In this document: piece after piece, positions 40,172-53,132 of the stretch
Layout: the number at the start of each line of letters is the position of its first letter
Position numbering within the stretch: position 1 is the stretch's first letter
Assembly: GCF_006345805.1 (NCBI RefSeq)
Contig: NC_043014.1
Coordinates: 16,926,001-16,990,000, forward strand
Origin: Octopus sinensis
Taxonomy: Eukaryota
DNA: 64,000 bases
Reading direction: 5' to 3'
Translations under genes and position numbers: made by a program
Notes under the pieces: model-generated
Told to the model about the DNA's origin: nothing
The model's input: only the letters and a program-made list of their open reading frames with translations
The model's database searches: none

Positions 40172-40457
40172 ATGAACGTGAAAAAAGTTTATCCAGCTTC
40201 ATATCGGAACCCGAAATGTTCTCGTTGTAAAAATCATGGCTCTGATGCCAAGATGAAGGGCCACAAAGGTTTCTGCCCCTACATCTCATGTGATTGCATA
40301 AAATGCATCTTGGTAGAGGAACGGCGCCGAATCAGCAGACAACAGAATCTGCTCCGAAGATATCCTGACATCAACGTCAAGGATATTTTCAAAGGTTGCA
40401 TAAGATGCGAAAAATTCTGCCAACAGGTGACTGATTATTCTAACTGCGTCACTGCAG
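40172..40457 (+). CDS. Dmrt: DM-domain (Dmrt/doublesex/mab-3 family) transcription factor, coding exon 1
   Basis: RNPKCSRCKNHG...KGHKGFCPYISCDCIKCILVEERRR..LRR has the DM zinc-ligand pattern. Acceptor ttttttccAG at 40140-40141, ATG in accATG context, donor CAG|GTGAGA after 40457 (phase 1). Confidence 0.92.
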
Positions 40458-40630
40458 GTGAGATTACATTTATTTATTTATTACATAGAGTAACGCCTCA
40501 ATATACGTGTTAACTTGTTCCTGGAGACTGCTTATAAATCGAAAACTCGTAAAGCAGAGCAGTAATTAACCATAGTAGTCATGTAATTCGTTCCCAGAAA
40601 AATATTTTACCTGTAAAGTTTATAGTACTT

Positions 40631-41040
40631 GGGGATCTTTTCGGTTTGAACGGCAGTTTTTAACATAATTTCTAGGTAACTAAGAAATTTGAAACTTTGT
40701 ATACTGGTAGAATGTGTTTATAAAACATCTTTTTCTCTTGGCTTTATTGAGAAAATTCTATAGTTTGTAAGATATTTGTTGTTATTTTTCTGCAATTTCT
40801 GCTATTTCAACCAATCACCTACATGTATTGAGGTGAAAAACATTCTGTGCCGTATGAATATGTCCCTCATTTAAGAAACAGATTGGGTTTATTTACATTT
40901 CTGAAGAAAAAAAGATACCCTTCCCCCTAACCCTGACCCGGATTGACATGCAATAGATCGATACTAGGGTCATAATTATGGGTGACAATTTCATATGACA
41001 CCGCTAGGAAAAACACAGCCGTTCAAACCGAAAATATCCG
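40631..41040. mobile_element. MITE with gggatcttttcggtttga TIRs (second copy, inverted, at 57211-57616)
   Basis: TIR pair with 5-6-bp TSDs ((g)tactt here; (c)attat in the second copy) and internal TTAGGG-like repeats. Confidence 0.85.
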
Positions 41041-42366
41041 TACTTAGAAATAAATAGTAATAAATCAACAGTAGAATGTAAAGAATATTCTATGTAAAGT
41101 AAAAATAACGTCAAGGTCCTTTATAATAAAAGATACTAATATTATAATGGTTTTCTGAATCACTTTCACTCACACTAGACTCGTGCACACCATCACTTGT
41201 ATATGTGGTTGCTGATTCACAAGCACTCATAGACAGACTGTGGATTTCTTTTTGAAAACAAGTTTAGGGTTATTTGCTTAGAAGATGCTTTCTTTCGCTC
41301 TCTAATAAATCTCTCGGTAACATACCGAAACATTTGTTGTGCTTCAAAATAAAACTCATAAACTTGGGGTTTTGTAAAACGGGTCCTTGTAATGTGAGGT
41401 TATTACTGTATATGCCAGGTATGGCTGTGTGGTTAAGAAGCCGGATTTGAAACCACAGGATTTTGGGTTCACTTCCACCTTGCCCCACAGTGTCTTTTAC
41501 TAGAATCCTGTGCCTTGTGAGTAAATTTGGTAAACAAGGTGTACATGCATGCATATGTATGTATATATCACTTGATTGACCAGGCTATCAGATGTTGTTA
41601 CATATCGCTGGTCACAATACACTTTCTGTATTGTTTTAGCCTTCAAATGACACAACCAACATTCCCCACAGATCAAAAGGGGGTCTGGAGCAACGTGAAA
41701 TGAAGAGTTTTGCTCAAGAACACAAGGCATTGCCCAGTCAGGGAATCAAACCTTCAATCAAGTGATTGTGAGTCTAACAGCCAAACCACTAGGCCACGTA
41801 TATATGTACATTTGCATACATGTACACGTATATCTGTGTATGTGTGTGTATATATATTGTATATGTGTGTACGTATATGTATATATGGGTATATATTTTA
41901 ATGTATATGTGTGTATATAAATGTATGTATATATGTCTATATATGTGTGTATATACATGTGTATATCTGTATATGTGTATATATATATGTATGTGTATAT
42001 GCATATATATGCGTATATATATGTGTATATATGTATGTGTGTATATATGTATATGTGTGTGTATATATGTATATATATGTATGTATATATGTGTGTATAT
42101 ATATATATGTATGTGTGTGTATATATATGTATGTATATGTGTATATGTATGCGCACACACACACACACACATTATGAAAGAGCTACTGATAATTTCAAGC
42201 TTGGAAATATATGGCAACTTATACAAATCTTCCAATTTAATGTATCTTAAAGCATGAAATTATTCTTGGCTCTTTTGTAATTACGTATATTAAATGATAT
42301 TTATCTTGCAGGGTGGAGTACTTTTATTGTTGGCCCTATAAAGAAACTGTAAACTGTGTGTGTATA

Positions 42367-42584
42367 TGAAGGGGTTCTGAAAAGTTTCTGGTTTCGGGTG
42401 AAAGAAAATTCAGGAGGATCAGTTAATTACAATTTTATTCAACATATTCTCTTCACAGATTCAGACTCTTATTTGCAACGGTTCTTCAGTTTTTCTAAAC
42501 CCTGTAAAAGAACTCTGAAGGCCTGGTTTCCAACCATGCCTTTCACGACACCCTTAAAGCCAGAAACTTTTCAGCACCCTTTCA
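42367..42584. mobile_element. Mariner-type MITE
   Basis: TIRs tgaagggg.tctgaaaagtttctgg / ccagaaacttttcagcaccctttca. Confidence 0.7.
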
Positions 42585-43429
42585 TGTGTGTGGGTGTGTG
42601 TAGAAATATAACTGCATGTGAACTGTTGGCGATTTTCCCTTATTTTTCCTTCTTTCTCTTTGGGCTTTCCTGTTTCCGACAAAGAACTATGCTCAAAATG
42701 TTAACAACTCTCTCCTTTCACCAAGCGTCAAATTAATATATTTCTTGTGCATGTCCTCACATCTACATTTTTCTTTTTTTTCTCTGTATTTTGTTTGTTT
42801 ATTTGAATTTACACACACACACACAGAGTAAAATCCTTCGCCATATCCTGGTTCACCTATTGCAGTTTATTATTAAAGCTTATGTCGATTCCTCTGTGGT
42901 GTTCTTTTGCATTTATAATAAAATAAATATATACAAATTATAAAAACAATAAAAACAAAACATACAGTACTGTTTCTATTTTGCTGATTTTCACCTATCA
43001 CAGGATGTTTTTGGAATGTAACACCCACAATAGTCGAGGGGTTACTGTAGATATTAAGATTCAAATTTCCAATGGCTGAAGATAAGCATTAAATTTTGAA
43101 ACTTTAAGTACCAAGGAATTAGAATCAAACTGTTTTGATCCCTCCATGGAACTCCCAATAAATTAATCGAGTGCCCTTCTTTTGTTTGTCCACTCACTCG
43201 TATACTACAAACACACACACACACTTGTAGTGCTTGGAAAAAGGTGTGAGGGTTGCCAAGAGGACAGGATTAGGGAGTGGGGGGAGGGTAAGCATAGTGC
43301 ATGAAGTGGAAAGATGAGGAAGGGAAGTGATGTAGAGATGTAGTTTGATTTGTTGTGGGAAGTTTTCTTGTTAAGTATAGGTGGGACGTTCAGCGCTTCT
43401 AGAACTGTTTCACTGACATGGGCGGGTTT

Positions 43430-44872
43430 TCTCAAGGACTTCATATTGCAAGACATCTTGGTCCATTGTCATTTGTTCCATGAGGCCCAACATCCTGAGA
43501 TTGGTCCCTACCACTTCATCCCATGTCTTCCTGGTTCTCCCTCTTCCATGGGTACCATCCACTTTCGCTGATCACCACTTCTTTATGCAGCTGTCCTCAT
43601 TCATACGCATCACATGTCCAAACCAACGTAGTCTTCTCTCTTGCATGCTACATTTGATTCCTCTTCTGCCCAACTTTTCTCTCAATACATTTGCACTTTG
43701 TCATACATGTGCACTGATGTTGCACATCCAACAGTGCATACCACCTTCATTTCTCTCCAGTCTGTACATGTCTTCTGCAGTCAGAGCCCATGCCTCACTA
43801 CCATGGAGTATATCCGTTCATACACAAGCATCATATAGTCTACCTTTCACTCTGAGAGAGTTCTTTCATTGCCAACAGAGGTAATATTTCTCTGAACTTC
43901 CTCCACCCAATTCTAGAAACAATACTTTCAGAGCATCCCCCACCATTGCTAATTTGGTCACCTATATAACAGAAACTATCTCCAACCTCAAGAGAGCCTC
44001 CTGGGCATTTGAGAGAATCTACGTCTCCTGTGCTCTTAGTGCTTATTCTTCCTGCACATCTGCCACATACAAAGACTACTTTATCTGTTAATCTTGTTAT
44101 TCCACTGTACCTCTTATGTGTCCATAGTTTACACTGGGTGCAGTGAATGGAATTTCTTTCAACGCCTTTCCTACATACTGAGCAGGGCCATTTACCTGAT
44201 GGAAAGAGAGTTTTATCTTCTTTCTTACTAACAACTTCGGTCTTTGCTAGGTTAACTTTAAGACCCTTTGATTCCAGGTTTTGTTTCCATACCTGGAATT
44301 TCTTCTCCAATTCTGCTAAAGATTCTGCAATAAGAACAAAGTCATCAGCATATAACAGTTCCCACAGGTATCCAGTTTTGAATTCCTCTGTTATGGCCTG
44401 GGGGACTATAATGACTAAGAGTGGGCTGAGAACTGAGCCTTAGGGAACCCCTACCTGTATGCTAAATTCATCACTGTATTCATAGCTGACTCTCACCTTA
44501 CTGACAGCACCACTGTATATGGCTTGTACAGTTCTAAGACCTTTTCCTGTAGCTATCTCACTAGGAAGATAGCATCAGTGGTACTCTTTCCAGGTACAAA
44601 ACCAAACTGCATCTCACCTAGTTTAATTCTATTCCTAATTCAACTATAACCCTCTCAGTGACTTTCATGGCTTGGTCTAGCAATTTAATGCCTGTGTAGT
44701 TCATTTCTGTCTAAGGCATCACCTTTACCCTTGTAGCAGCTAACAATAATACCACTACACCAGTCATTGGGGGTGATGCCTTCCTGAATAATCTGATTAA
44801 CTTCACGGGTGACTAAGCTATATCCTTCACCACTGGAGATTTTAATCATCTTAGCAGTGATTCCTGATGTCT
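43430..44872 (-). mobile_element. Old, degenerate RTE LINE in the Dmrt intron
   Basis: ITAKMIK..PNDWC..YKGKGDALDRN, ELLYADD and WPCSVCRKG..CTQCKLWTHK with many disruptions. Confidence 0.88.
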
Positions 44873-45324
44873 GACTCCCATATATTGCATTAATATTCTT
44901 GCACTTTCTGTTGCATTGTTGCAAAATATGCCGAATATGCTCCTTTGTCACTTCCATTATAGCTTTGGAAAAATAACTGTTTAAATCAAACTGCACTCTT
45001 CAAAACTTGCACTAAGAATAAGTAGAAGTTAAAATCACTACCTGCTTTTATAGTAAGTTGAAGCAAGTAGTTTATCCCATCCCTCTTCCGACTTTTAGTT
45101 CATGCAATTGAAAGATCCCACATTTATGGGACGACCCAGTGTGTGTGCGTGTGTGTGAGTGATGATTGCCTCATCTTGTCAGATGGTAGCTGCCTCCTAT
45201 TCAGGCTTACTGTTTTGATGTACTTTCATCCATGCATGGATATGACTTCAAACATCACCATTGAACTTTAAAAAATACAAAATGGATCAAGAAAGAAAAT
45301 TATTTGACATGCCATTAGATTTAA

Positions 45325-45546
45325 CCCTTTAGCATTTAAACCGGCCATATCCGGCCAAAATTATTCTGCTTGTTTTATGTTCAAACTGGCCAGATCTGGT
45401 CTCTTGCACCAACCCTACAATATCATTTAAAAAAATTAACAGCTACCTCATCAAAATCTCATAGCTACAAGATAATGCCTGATTAGTTCAAAACAATGTG
45501 GATAAAAAAGGATTAATTTTGGCAGAATAATGCAAACAATAAAGGG
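45325..45546. mobile_element. piggyBac-type MITE
   Basis: TTAA|CCCTTT ... AAAGGG|TTAA. Related copies at ~58660-58865 and ~63245-63423. Confidence 0.8.
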
Positions 45547-47247
45547 TTAAATGACAAAAAAGCTTGTGCAACACTTTTGCCATTCTTTTGGTTGCCAAAG
45601 TAGATTCCAGCACCAACCATTGCAAAGTGACTGTTACTATTTTCACTACAAATTTTGTCTCAGAGTATCTTTCTCATTGGCTGCCTTCCTTTGGCTTTGT
45701 CAAAAATAGTCGGAGCTTCCTCTATCCCCAGGAAATCTATTTAACCCTGAGATGGGAACCAAATAGGTACCACCCATTCCTGGTCAGAATAGAATGGGAA
45801 CAATGGTAATTAATGGGACGACTCCTTACTCTCCACAACCCCGGAACTCTCAAACTGGAGCCTCATCACCGACATCACAGGACATTATAAATATGAAGGC
45901 ACGTGGCTTGGTGGTTAAGCGTGTTGTAGTCACGGTCTTACTATCGTGGTTTCGCTTCCTGGACCGGAAGGTGTGAAGCTTTCATTTCTTTTGTAGGCGC
46001 AGTAGTGGCTGTGTGGTAAGTAGTTTGCTTACCAACCAAATGGTTCCGGGTTCAGTCCCACTGTGTGGCAACTTGAGCAAGTGTCTTCTACTGTAGCCTC
46101 GGGCCAACCAGTCTTATGAGTGGATTTGGTAGATGGAAACTGAAAGAAGCCCATCACATACACACACACACACACACACTCACACACACACACACTGTGT
46201 GTATGTGTTTGTACCCCTAACATCACTTGACAACCGATGTTGGTGTGTTTACATCCCCATAACTTAGCAGTTTGGCAAAAGAGACCAATAGAATAAGTAC
46301 TAGGTTTACAAAGAATAAGTCCTGGGGTCGGTTTGCTCAACTAAAGGCGGTGCTCCAGCATGGCCGCAGTCAAATGACTGAAGCAAGTAAAAGAATAAAA
46401 GAAAATAAAAGTATATACAGTTTTCACATCCATGCAGTAGTTGCAAATAGGTGGCGCTGTCATGCAAGCAGTGTGGTTTCCGATCTTATCTGGAAACGTG
46501 TCTAGCTACAGAGGAATAGTACCAGGCTTGGAAGTGGGAGAGGGTTGGTGACAGGAAGTGTGTATGTTTCTTTGTCTTGACATCACAAATTGATAGAATG
46601 AGGGTCTTTCTATCCCCTGTTCTATCATCAACTCCCTTGAGTCCCCTCCACTCTCTTCTCTTCATTAATGACTTTCTTCTCTTAATTAATCACAGCCAAC
46701 AACAACACCTCTCACACAGCTAACACTTCCTTTCATTCTTCCCTAGTTAAACATCATCCATTCATAACTTTGGCACCACCACACACCAAAACCTGCTCTC
46801 ATTCCATGAGCTGTAACCTCAAAAGGATCCAAATGGGTCCTTGAGAATCTGAACAAACAAAGGATTCTTTTGTCAGGATTCTCAGACGAAAGAATTAAGA
46901 TTGGATAAAATATTGAGCAGTATTTAATCACTAAGTTCTTTGTTTTGAGTTGAAATCCTGCCATGGCCTGTATGGGTGGTAGACTTCATTCCTTGCTTGG
47001 TTTATCGCTGCTGCCATCGCCTTGGTACCTTGGGTGCTCTTTATTGTAAGAATTCACTCTCTTGTAAGTCAGATTTTGGTCAAGTCTTTGGTTTGAGGAT
47101 ATCTTCTTACTCCCTCTCCCACTTTCTACCCCCTTCTCTCCTGTCACTTTCCCTCTCTCTATCCATTCTTCCCCTTTCTCCAGTCTTGGAGGCCCCTACA
47201 AAGGGATGTGGGCATTGCTTTCCCTGACTAAAATATGTATATATATA

Positions 47248-47609
47248 CTAGCACTATGACCTGGCAATGCTGGGTCATAGTGCTAGTGCATGCATATACA
47301 GCTGTGTGCGTGCACACATACACTCGAGTACTGTCCAAATCTCCGACCAATCACATACAGCTAGCTGGCATTCAATTGGTGTATCAAGTTTCGTTCATTT
47401 TGATTGGGTTTTGGATAAAAAATTCACAAAAAAGTAATTTCTATTGATTTTTTTTAATGGTTTTGCGGGGTGACTGGGGAAATGCAAAGATGTGCACGAC
47501 CACCCTTGGACGGTTTTGAATGACCATAGAAAGTGTGAGCCCTCTAACTGAAAAATTGTGGATTTGTATAAAGGACACGCACAGACAGACATTTTGCCCT
47601 TTATATAGA
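47248..47609 (-). mobile_element. Non-autonomous Helitron-like element
   Basis: The minus strand ends in a hairpin plus CTAG|T; the other end resembles the tc..tatataaa 5' terminus. Confidence 0.6.
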
Positions 47610-47796
47610 GGTATTAAGAAAAAGAAAAAAATTAACCTGTTTATGAAAGAGTGGTAAAATGGATGTAAAATAAAGGAACCAAGCTCTCTAAAGGTGAGAT
47701 TAATTTCCAGGGGAAATTATTAGTTATTGATGCCTTTATTCTTCAGGTAGATTTCGTTGTAATTTTTTTTTTATTTTGTTCATCTTACCATTTCAG

Positions 47797-48398
47797 ATTC
47801 TTTCATGCCATCACCAAACGCCTACCCCGTTGTCCAACAGATCAACGGGAATCAATCGATGCCAAGCGTTAACCTGCAGATGCCTTCCACCCAGCCACCA
47901 CCCAGTCATATCTATTCTTCTTCGCCTCAGCCAGACTTTGCCTACTACACCCCAAAGACACCCTTTGCCATTTTCAACTACCCTGCCGCCACTTCCAGCA
48001 AGATGTCTGACGTACACAGCAGCAATAGTAACATTAGTAGTAGTAGTAGTAGCAGCAGCAGTAATAGTAGTAGTAGTCCTACCACTACTACTACCACCAC
48101 CACCGCTACTACTACTTCTGCCAGTAACACTATGTATTATACTCCAGTGCAGGTGGCCACGGATGGCATGGCAAGTTCAGAGTTCAGTCCTTCGTATATT
48201 TACCCAGGTAATGGCTGCCAATTGGCACGACCACCTCAAAATCTTGGATTTGGTAATTACAACCGACCTTCGTTATTCTGGAACACTTTTAATTATCCCG
48301 TTAATTCCTGGCTGCAGAAGTTCTGTGACAACTCCGTGCCTTCCAATGCGGACAATACCTTGAAATCCTGCAAGTTTGCAGCTGACACGACGAAATAA
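47797..48398 (+). CDS. Dmrt: Dmrt gene, terminal coding exon (Pro/Ser/Thr/Tyr-rich C-terminus)
   Basis: Polypyrimidine tract plus tttcAG at 47795-47796. The phase-1 join gives G|AT-TCT-TTC-ATG, in frame with ORF 47805-48398. Spliced CDS is 888 nt (295 aa). The link to exon 1 is inferred from phase compatibility. Confidence 0.75.
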
Positions 48399-48712
48399 GA
48401 AACATGTTCTAGAGATACGTGTGTGTGTGACGAACTACTGTTTAATTTCTTTCATTTGTCTACCATATCATTCATTACTCTACAGAATGTGTGTGTGTGG
48501 GGGGTGCTCTCCTACTTTCTTTGGTATCCCCCACCCTTTCCCCAACTAACATCATTGCTCAAATCCCTCCCACCCCCTTATCTTCCCTCCTCCCTAAATC
48601 TACCCTTTGACCTTCCCTGGTGTCGGGTAAAAGTTTTTGGAATCTGAAGAATTCTAACATTTGAACATGGAAAGAAGAACTACTTCAAAAGAAAACATTT
48701 TTTTATCATTGA

Positions 48713-49109
48713 CTAGCAGTATCGCCCGGCGTTGCTCGGGTTTGTAAGGGAAATAACTATATAAGCATTTTTAGAGAGTTATAGCCAAAAAATAGCAAAA
48801 AAATGCATTAAAAATGGAAAAAAATTAAGGTAAATTTTTTTTTAAATCGTTGACACATCGTAGATATTTTTAGAGAGTTACTTCCCTTATATAATAGCGA
48901 AAAAAATGCATTAAAATGGAAAAACATGATGGTAAATTTTTTTTAAATCGTAGATTCATCGTAGACGCGCGCTAATACCCAGAAGGGCCCGATATGACTC
49001 ACGACTTTAAGATACCCGCTTTTGGTGAAACTGCACCACAAAATGTGGGAGTAGTTAGGAATCTAAATCATAGGAGACAGACACACAACTTCAGTTTTAT
49101 ATATAAAGA
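48713..49109 (-). mobile_element. Non-autonomous Helitron
   Basis: Minus strand A|TCTTTATATATAAAA ... cccgagcaacgccggg hairpin ... CTAG|T. Confidence 0.85.
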
Positions 49110-49960
49110 TATAAGCCACGTAGTTATATACACATACTTTGTTATATACACATTCTTAAAAGAAAATGTTATTTTGAACACAACATTTATAAAGAATAAA
49201 ATATTTTTTGGTTTTTCTTAACCCTTTCGTTACTATATTTCTGACCAAAATACACCCCTTATGTGTTTCAATTATTTTCTAACGTAATCATAAATTTAGT
49301 CTGGTTTCATTAAAGAACAATAACGTTTTTATTTATCAATATATTAACATGAATTTTGGAAGATAATTTAATGAAATGTTCTCAACCAATTCTATACTAT
49401 AATTTTTGTCACAAAGTGACTCTAATTGCAGGTAGATACAGGTAAATTCAACAATATATAAAATTATTAAAATTTTGTTCAAACATCGCTATAGAAAATG
49501 GGTTATTAGCTAATATTCAATTGGGTATACAACAAAATTTTACGATAGAATTTGTTATTCTGGATAACTTTCTGATACCCATAAAATATTTATGGCAAAA
49601 TAGGCCTTAATTTCATTTAAGGTTGTGGGAAAAACAACAAACTATCCTTTCTTTCGTTTTGTTTACATTTTAACGTAACAGTTCATTTCCGCCGTAATGA
49701 TTTCAAATGGGCTCATTCGAAAAAGTAAAAAAAAAATAGTCTAAGGCTTTACTCTACTGGGAAAGTCTGTGGCTTGGTCCAGTTTCTTCAGAAAAATCAC
49801 CGAAAGAAACAGTTTTTAAATTTTCACTCCATTCAGGTGCCAATTCATTTTCTTTATCGTTGTCGGAGCTCTGGGATTCACTGTTTCACTTTAATCATTG
49901 CAAACTTGCAAAGAGAAAGTCGTAGAAATGAGAGTGATAGCGTGAGTGAATCAGATCGCT

Positions 49961-49991
<31 letters not shown>

Positions 49992-52746
49992 CGAGTGCTG
50001 TAGCCCACACTAAGAAAAGCATTTGACATACACACCACAATGTGAGTTTTCTCTAAATTTTGCTTAATTGGGGTTGAAATTTTAAAAACTGGACCTGACA
50101 CGACCCGATGCATTCTACTCTTAAAAATGCTAGGTAAATTGTAATTGAAGAAATCCTATATTGTAGATTTCTATAAGATACAAAGGGAGGCAGATAAAAT
50201 CTGCCTTTTATAATAAGAGATTATCAAGAATTTCAACTTCAAAAATACAAAAATATTTTTAAAAAAATTTTTTCACTTTCAAAATTCTCTCCTCCACAGA
50301 TAAACTTGTGAATGGTTTCCTCAACTCCATCCAAACTAGCTGTGAATAGGAACCATAATTTTGAGATAACAGTAAGCAGCAGTAGCTGTGTGTAACTGAA
50401 GAATTAATTCGTTAACCAAGTTTGGAGTTTAACTTGTCCTGTAGGAACAGATTGTATCTCTCTCTCTCTCTCTAGGCATGACTGTGTGATAAGAATCTTG
50501 CTTCCCAACCACATGGTTCCGGGTTCAGTCCCACTGCATGGCACCTTGGGCAAGTGTCTTCTATGGTAAGCCTCAGGCCAGAAAAGTCTCGGGTGGATTT
50601 GGTAGATGGAAACTGAAAGAAGCCTGTCATGTGTTTGTGTGTGTCCACCACCACTTGACAACCGGTGTTGGTGTGTTTACGTCCCTGTAAACTGATAGAA
50701 CAAGTATCAGGCTTTAAAAAGTACTGGGGTCAATGAGTCTGACTAAAATTCCTCAAGATGGTGCCCCAGCATGGCCACAGTTTAATGGCTGAAACAAGTA
50801 ACAGTATATATTCTTCTCTGACACTGTTAGTTACTATTACGAGGGTTCCAGCCTGCTTATGGAATTAATATGCAAGTGGCTGAGTACTCCACAGACATGT
50901 ATCCCTAAAGCAGCTCTCAGGAAGAGTTAGTGTAACATACAGGTACATCTCACACTTTTCACTTATGGCCCCTCTTGATTCTCTGGACCTAATCCTGATG
51001 TATGTTTTCTACACTGAACATATCTAGGCCCTTACCTATTTATATGGCGTGGCACTCCGTCAGTTACGACAATGAGGGTTCCAGTTGATCCAATCAACGG
51101 AACAGCCTGCTCGTGAAATTAACATACAAGTGGCTGAGCACTCCACAGACACCTGTACCCTTAACATAGTACTCGGGGAGATTCAGCATGACACAGAGTG
51201 TGACAAGGCTGACCCCTTTGAAATACAGGTAGAACAGAAACAGGAAGAAAGAGTGAGAGAATGTTGTGGTGAAAGAGTACAGCAGGGTTTGCTCGCGTCA
51301 CCCTCTGCTGGAGCCTCATGGAGCTTTAGGTGTTTTCAAACACAATGCCCAGTCTGCCCCTCTCATAATTCCTTGTATTGTGAGTTACTTGGTGACCCTG
51401 TCAGTGGTGGAGCCATGTTAAAAGCATCCAGTCCACATTGTAATGTGGTTGGCATTTGGAAGGGCCATTCTTGCAAGGGTAATAACACCCAGTTTTTCTG
51501 CTGTTTCCATGGCAATATAGTGTTCGAAATATGACTTCCTTGTCTGTATAATACACACACAGCACTGCATCAACTAGACTTTTGGATGTTGTTATACACT
51601 GCTGATCACAGTGCACTTCCTTGCTTTGTTGTAGCTTAAAAGATTGTCACCCCCACTGGCTAAGCAGCCAGGCCAACATTCTTGCTTAATGGGATGCCAA
51701 TCCTTTGCAGGGTTACCCATTGACAACAGAGTAGGCTGAAGCTCCATGAAATAAAGCATTTTGTTTAATGAACGCAATGTGGCACTGCTTGTCTTGGAAT
51801 TGAAACAGCAATCTTGGAATATCATGTGTGCAACACCCTAACCACTAGGTCATGTGTCTTTGTGTGTGTGTATGAGTATATACACAAGAGGAAGAGGACC
51901 CCCTTCAGTCGTGAATGAGCATGGGATTGTGCTTAAAAAGACCAGCAGTTGCCCATGCATGCCAGTCACCCTTCTCCATGCCACCCGATGTTATCCAAGG
52001 GAAAAGCAAAGGGGCCGATACAGCTTGGCACCAGTGACACCGCAACTCATTTCTACAGACTTAGTGATCTGGAGCAATGTGAAATAAAGTGTCTTGCTCA
52101 TGAACACTATACAGTTGGCCTGGGAATCGAACTCACTACCTTATGATTGTGATCCTGATGCTCTAACCACTAAGCCATGCACATTCTCGCACACACACAC
52201 ACATCGGGCTTCTTTCAGTATCAACCTACCAAATGTACTCAAGGTTCTGGTCAACTCAGGCATAGTTCCATGCAGTGGGACTGAACTCAGAACCATGTGG
52301 TTTGGAAGTAGGTTTCTTAACCATACATCCACATCTGTGCCTATATACATACATTCATAAAAAAAGGAATTCAAAATGTTCCAAACATACAAGTGTGAAT
52401 GAAAAAGTAATTGAATTTGTTTTACCATAAAGAAATAAGGGACACCATCAAATAGTCTGTACATCAAAATATAGCTGCTACACATCACAGGTTCACATCC
52501 CTACTTCTCAACATAGTCACCACCCCTTTTCAATGGCAGTGTTCTATAAATGAAGTCTTGCAGCCCAGCTTTGTAAAAATCTGTTGGTTACTGATTTATC
52601 CAATTCCTTACTGAAGTTTTGCTTCATTTATAAGTAAAATGAGTAATAATTATAATAAAACTATTTCTAGTTTTATGATTATAGATTACAGCAGTTTTCA
52701 CTTCATTTAGTGAGAATTTTAATAATTGTAATAAAACTATTTCTAG

Positions 52747-53132
52747 TTACCTCTGCCTTAGAGAAGGCGGAGGTATTGTTTTCAGTTGTTAGTTTTTTTG
52801 TCTGTCCATGGACAAGATATCTCAAGGACTATTGGATGGATTTGGATGAAACTTTCAAGGATGCTGCGTGACTAGCACAAACTGATTAGATTTTAGGATC
52901 AATCTGGTACCTGACAAGGATTCTGGATTATTTTTCTATTCTTCCTTTAATTTAATTTTTGAGTTCGGTCAGGTTCATTTTTAGTATTCTCATTTGTGAT
53001 TAAATGAGAATACTAAAAATGAACCTGAACCTGAGAGCAGTCGAGTTTATTTCAGATATTCTCATTTTAAAAATCATCTCTGATTGAGAGGACGTTGGTG
53101 TTGCCTGGCAGAGGTTTGCACTCTGAGTGCTC
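52747..53132 (+). mobile_element. Helentron-associated (HINE/DINE-like) element
   Basis: 5' ttacctctgcc..ggcggaggt inverted repeat; 3' ggcagaggt followed by a gcactc-t-gagtgc hairpin. Confidence 0.6.
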
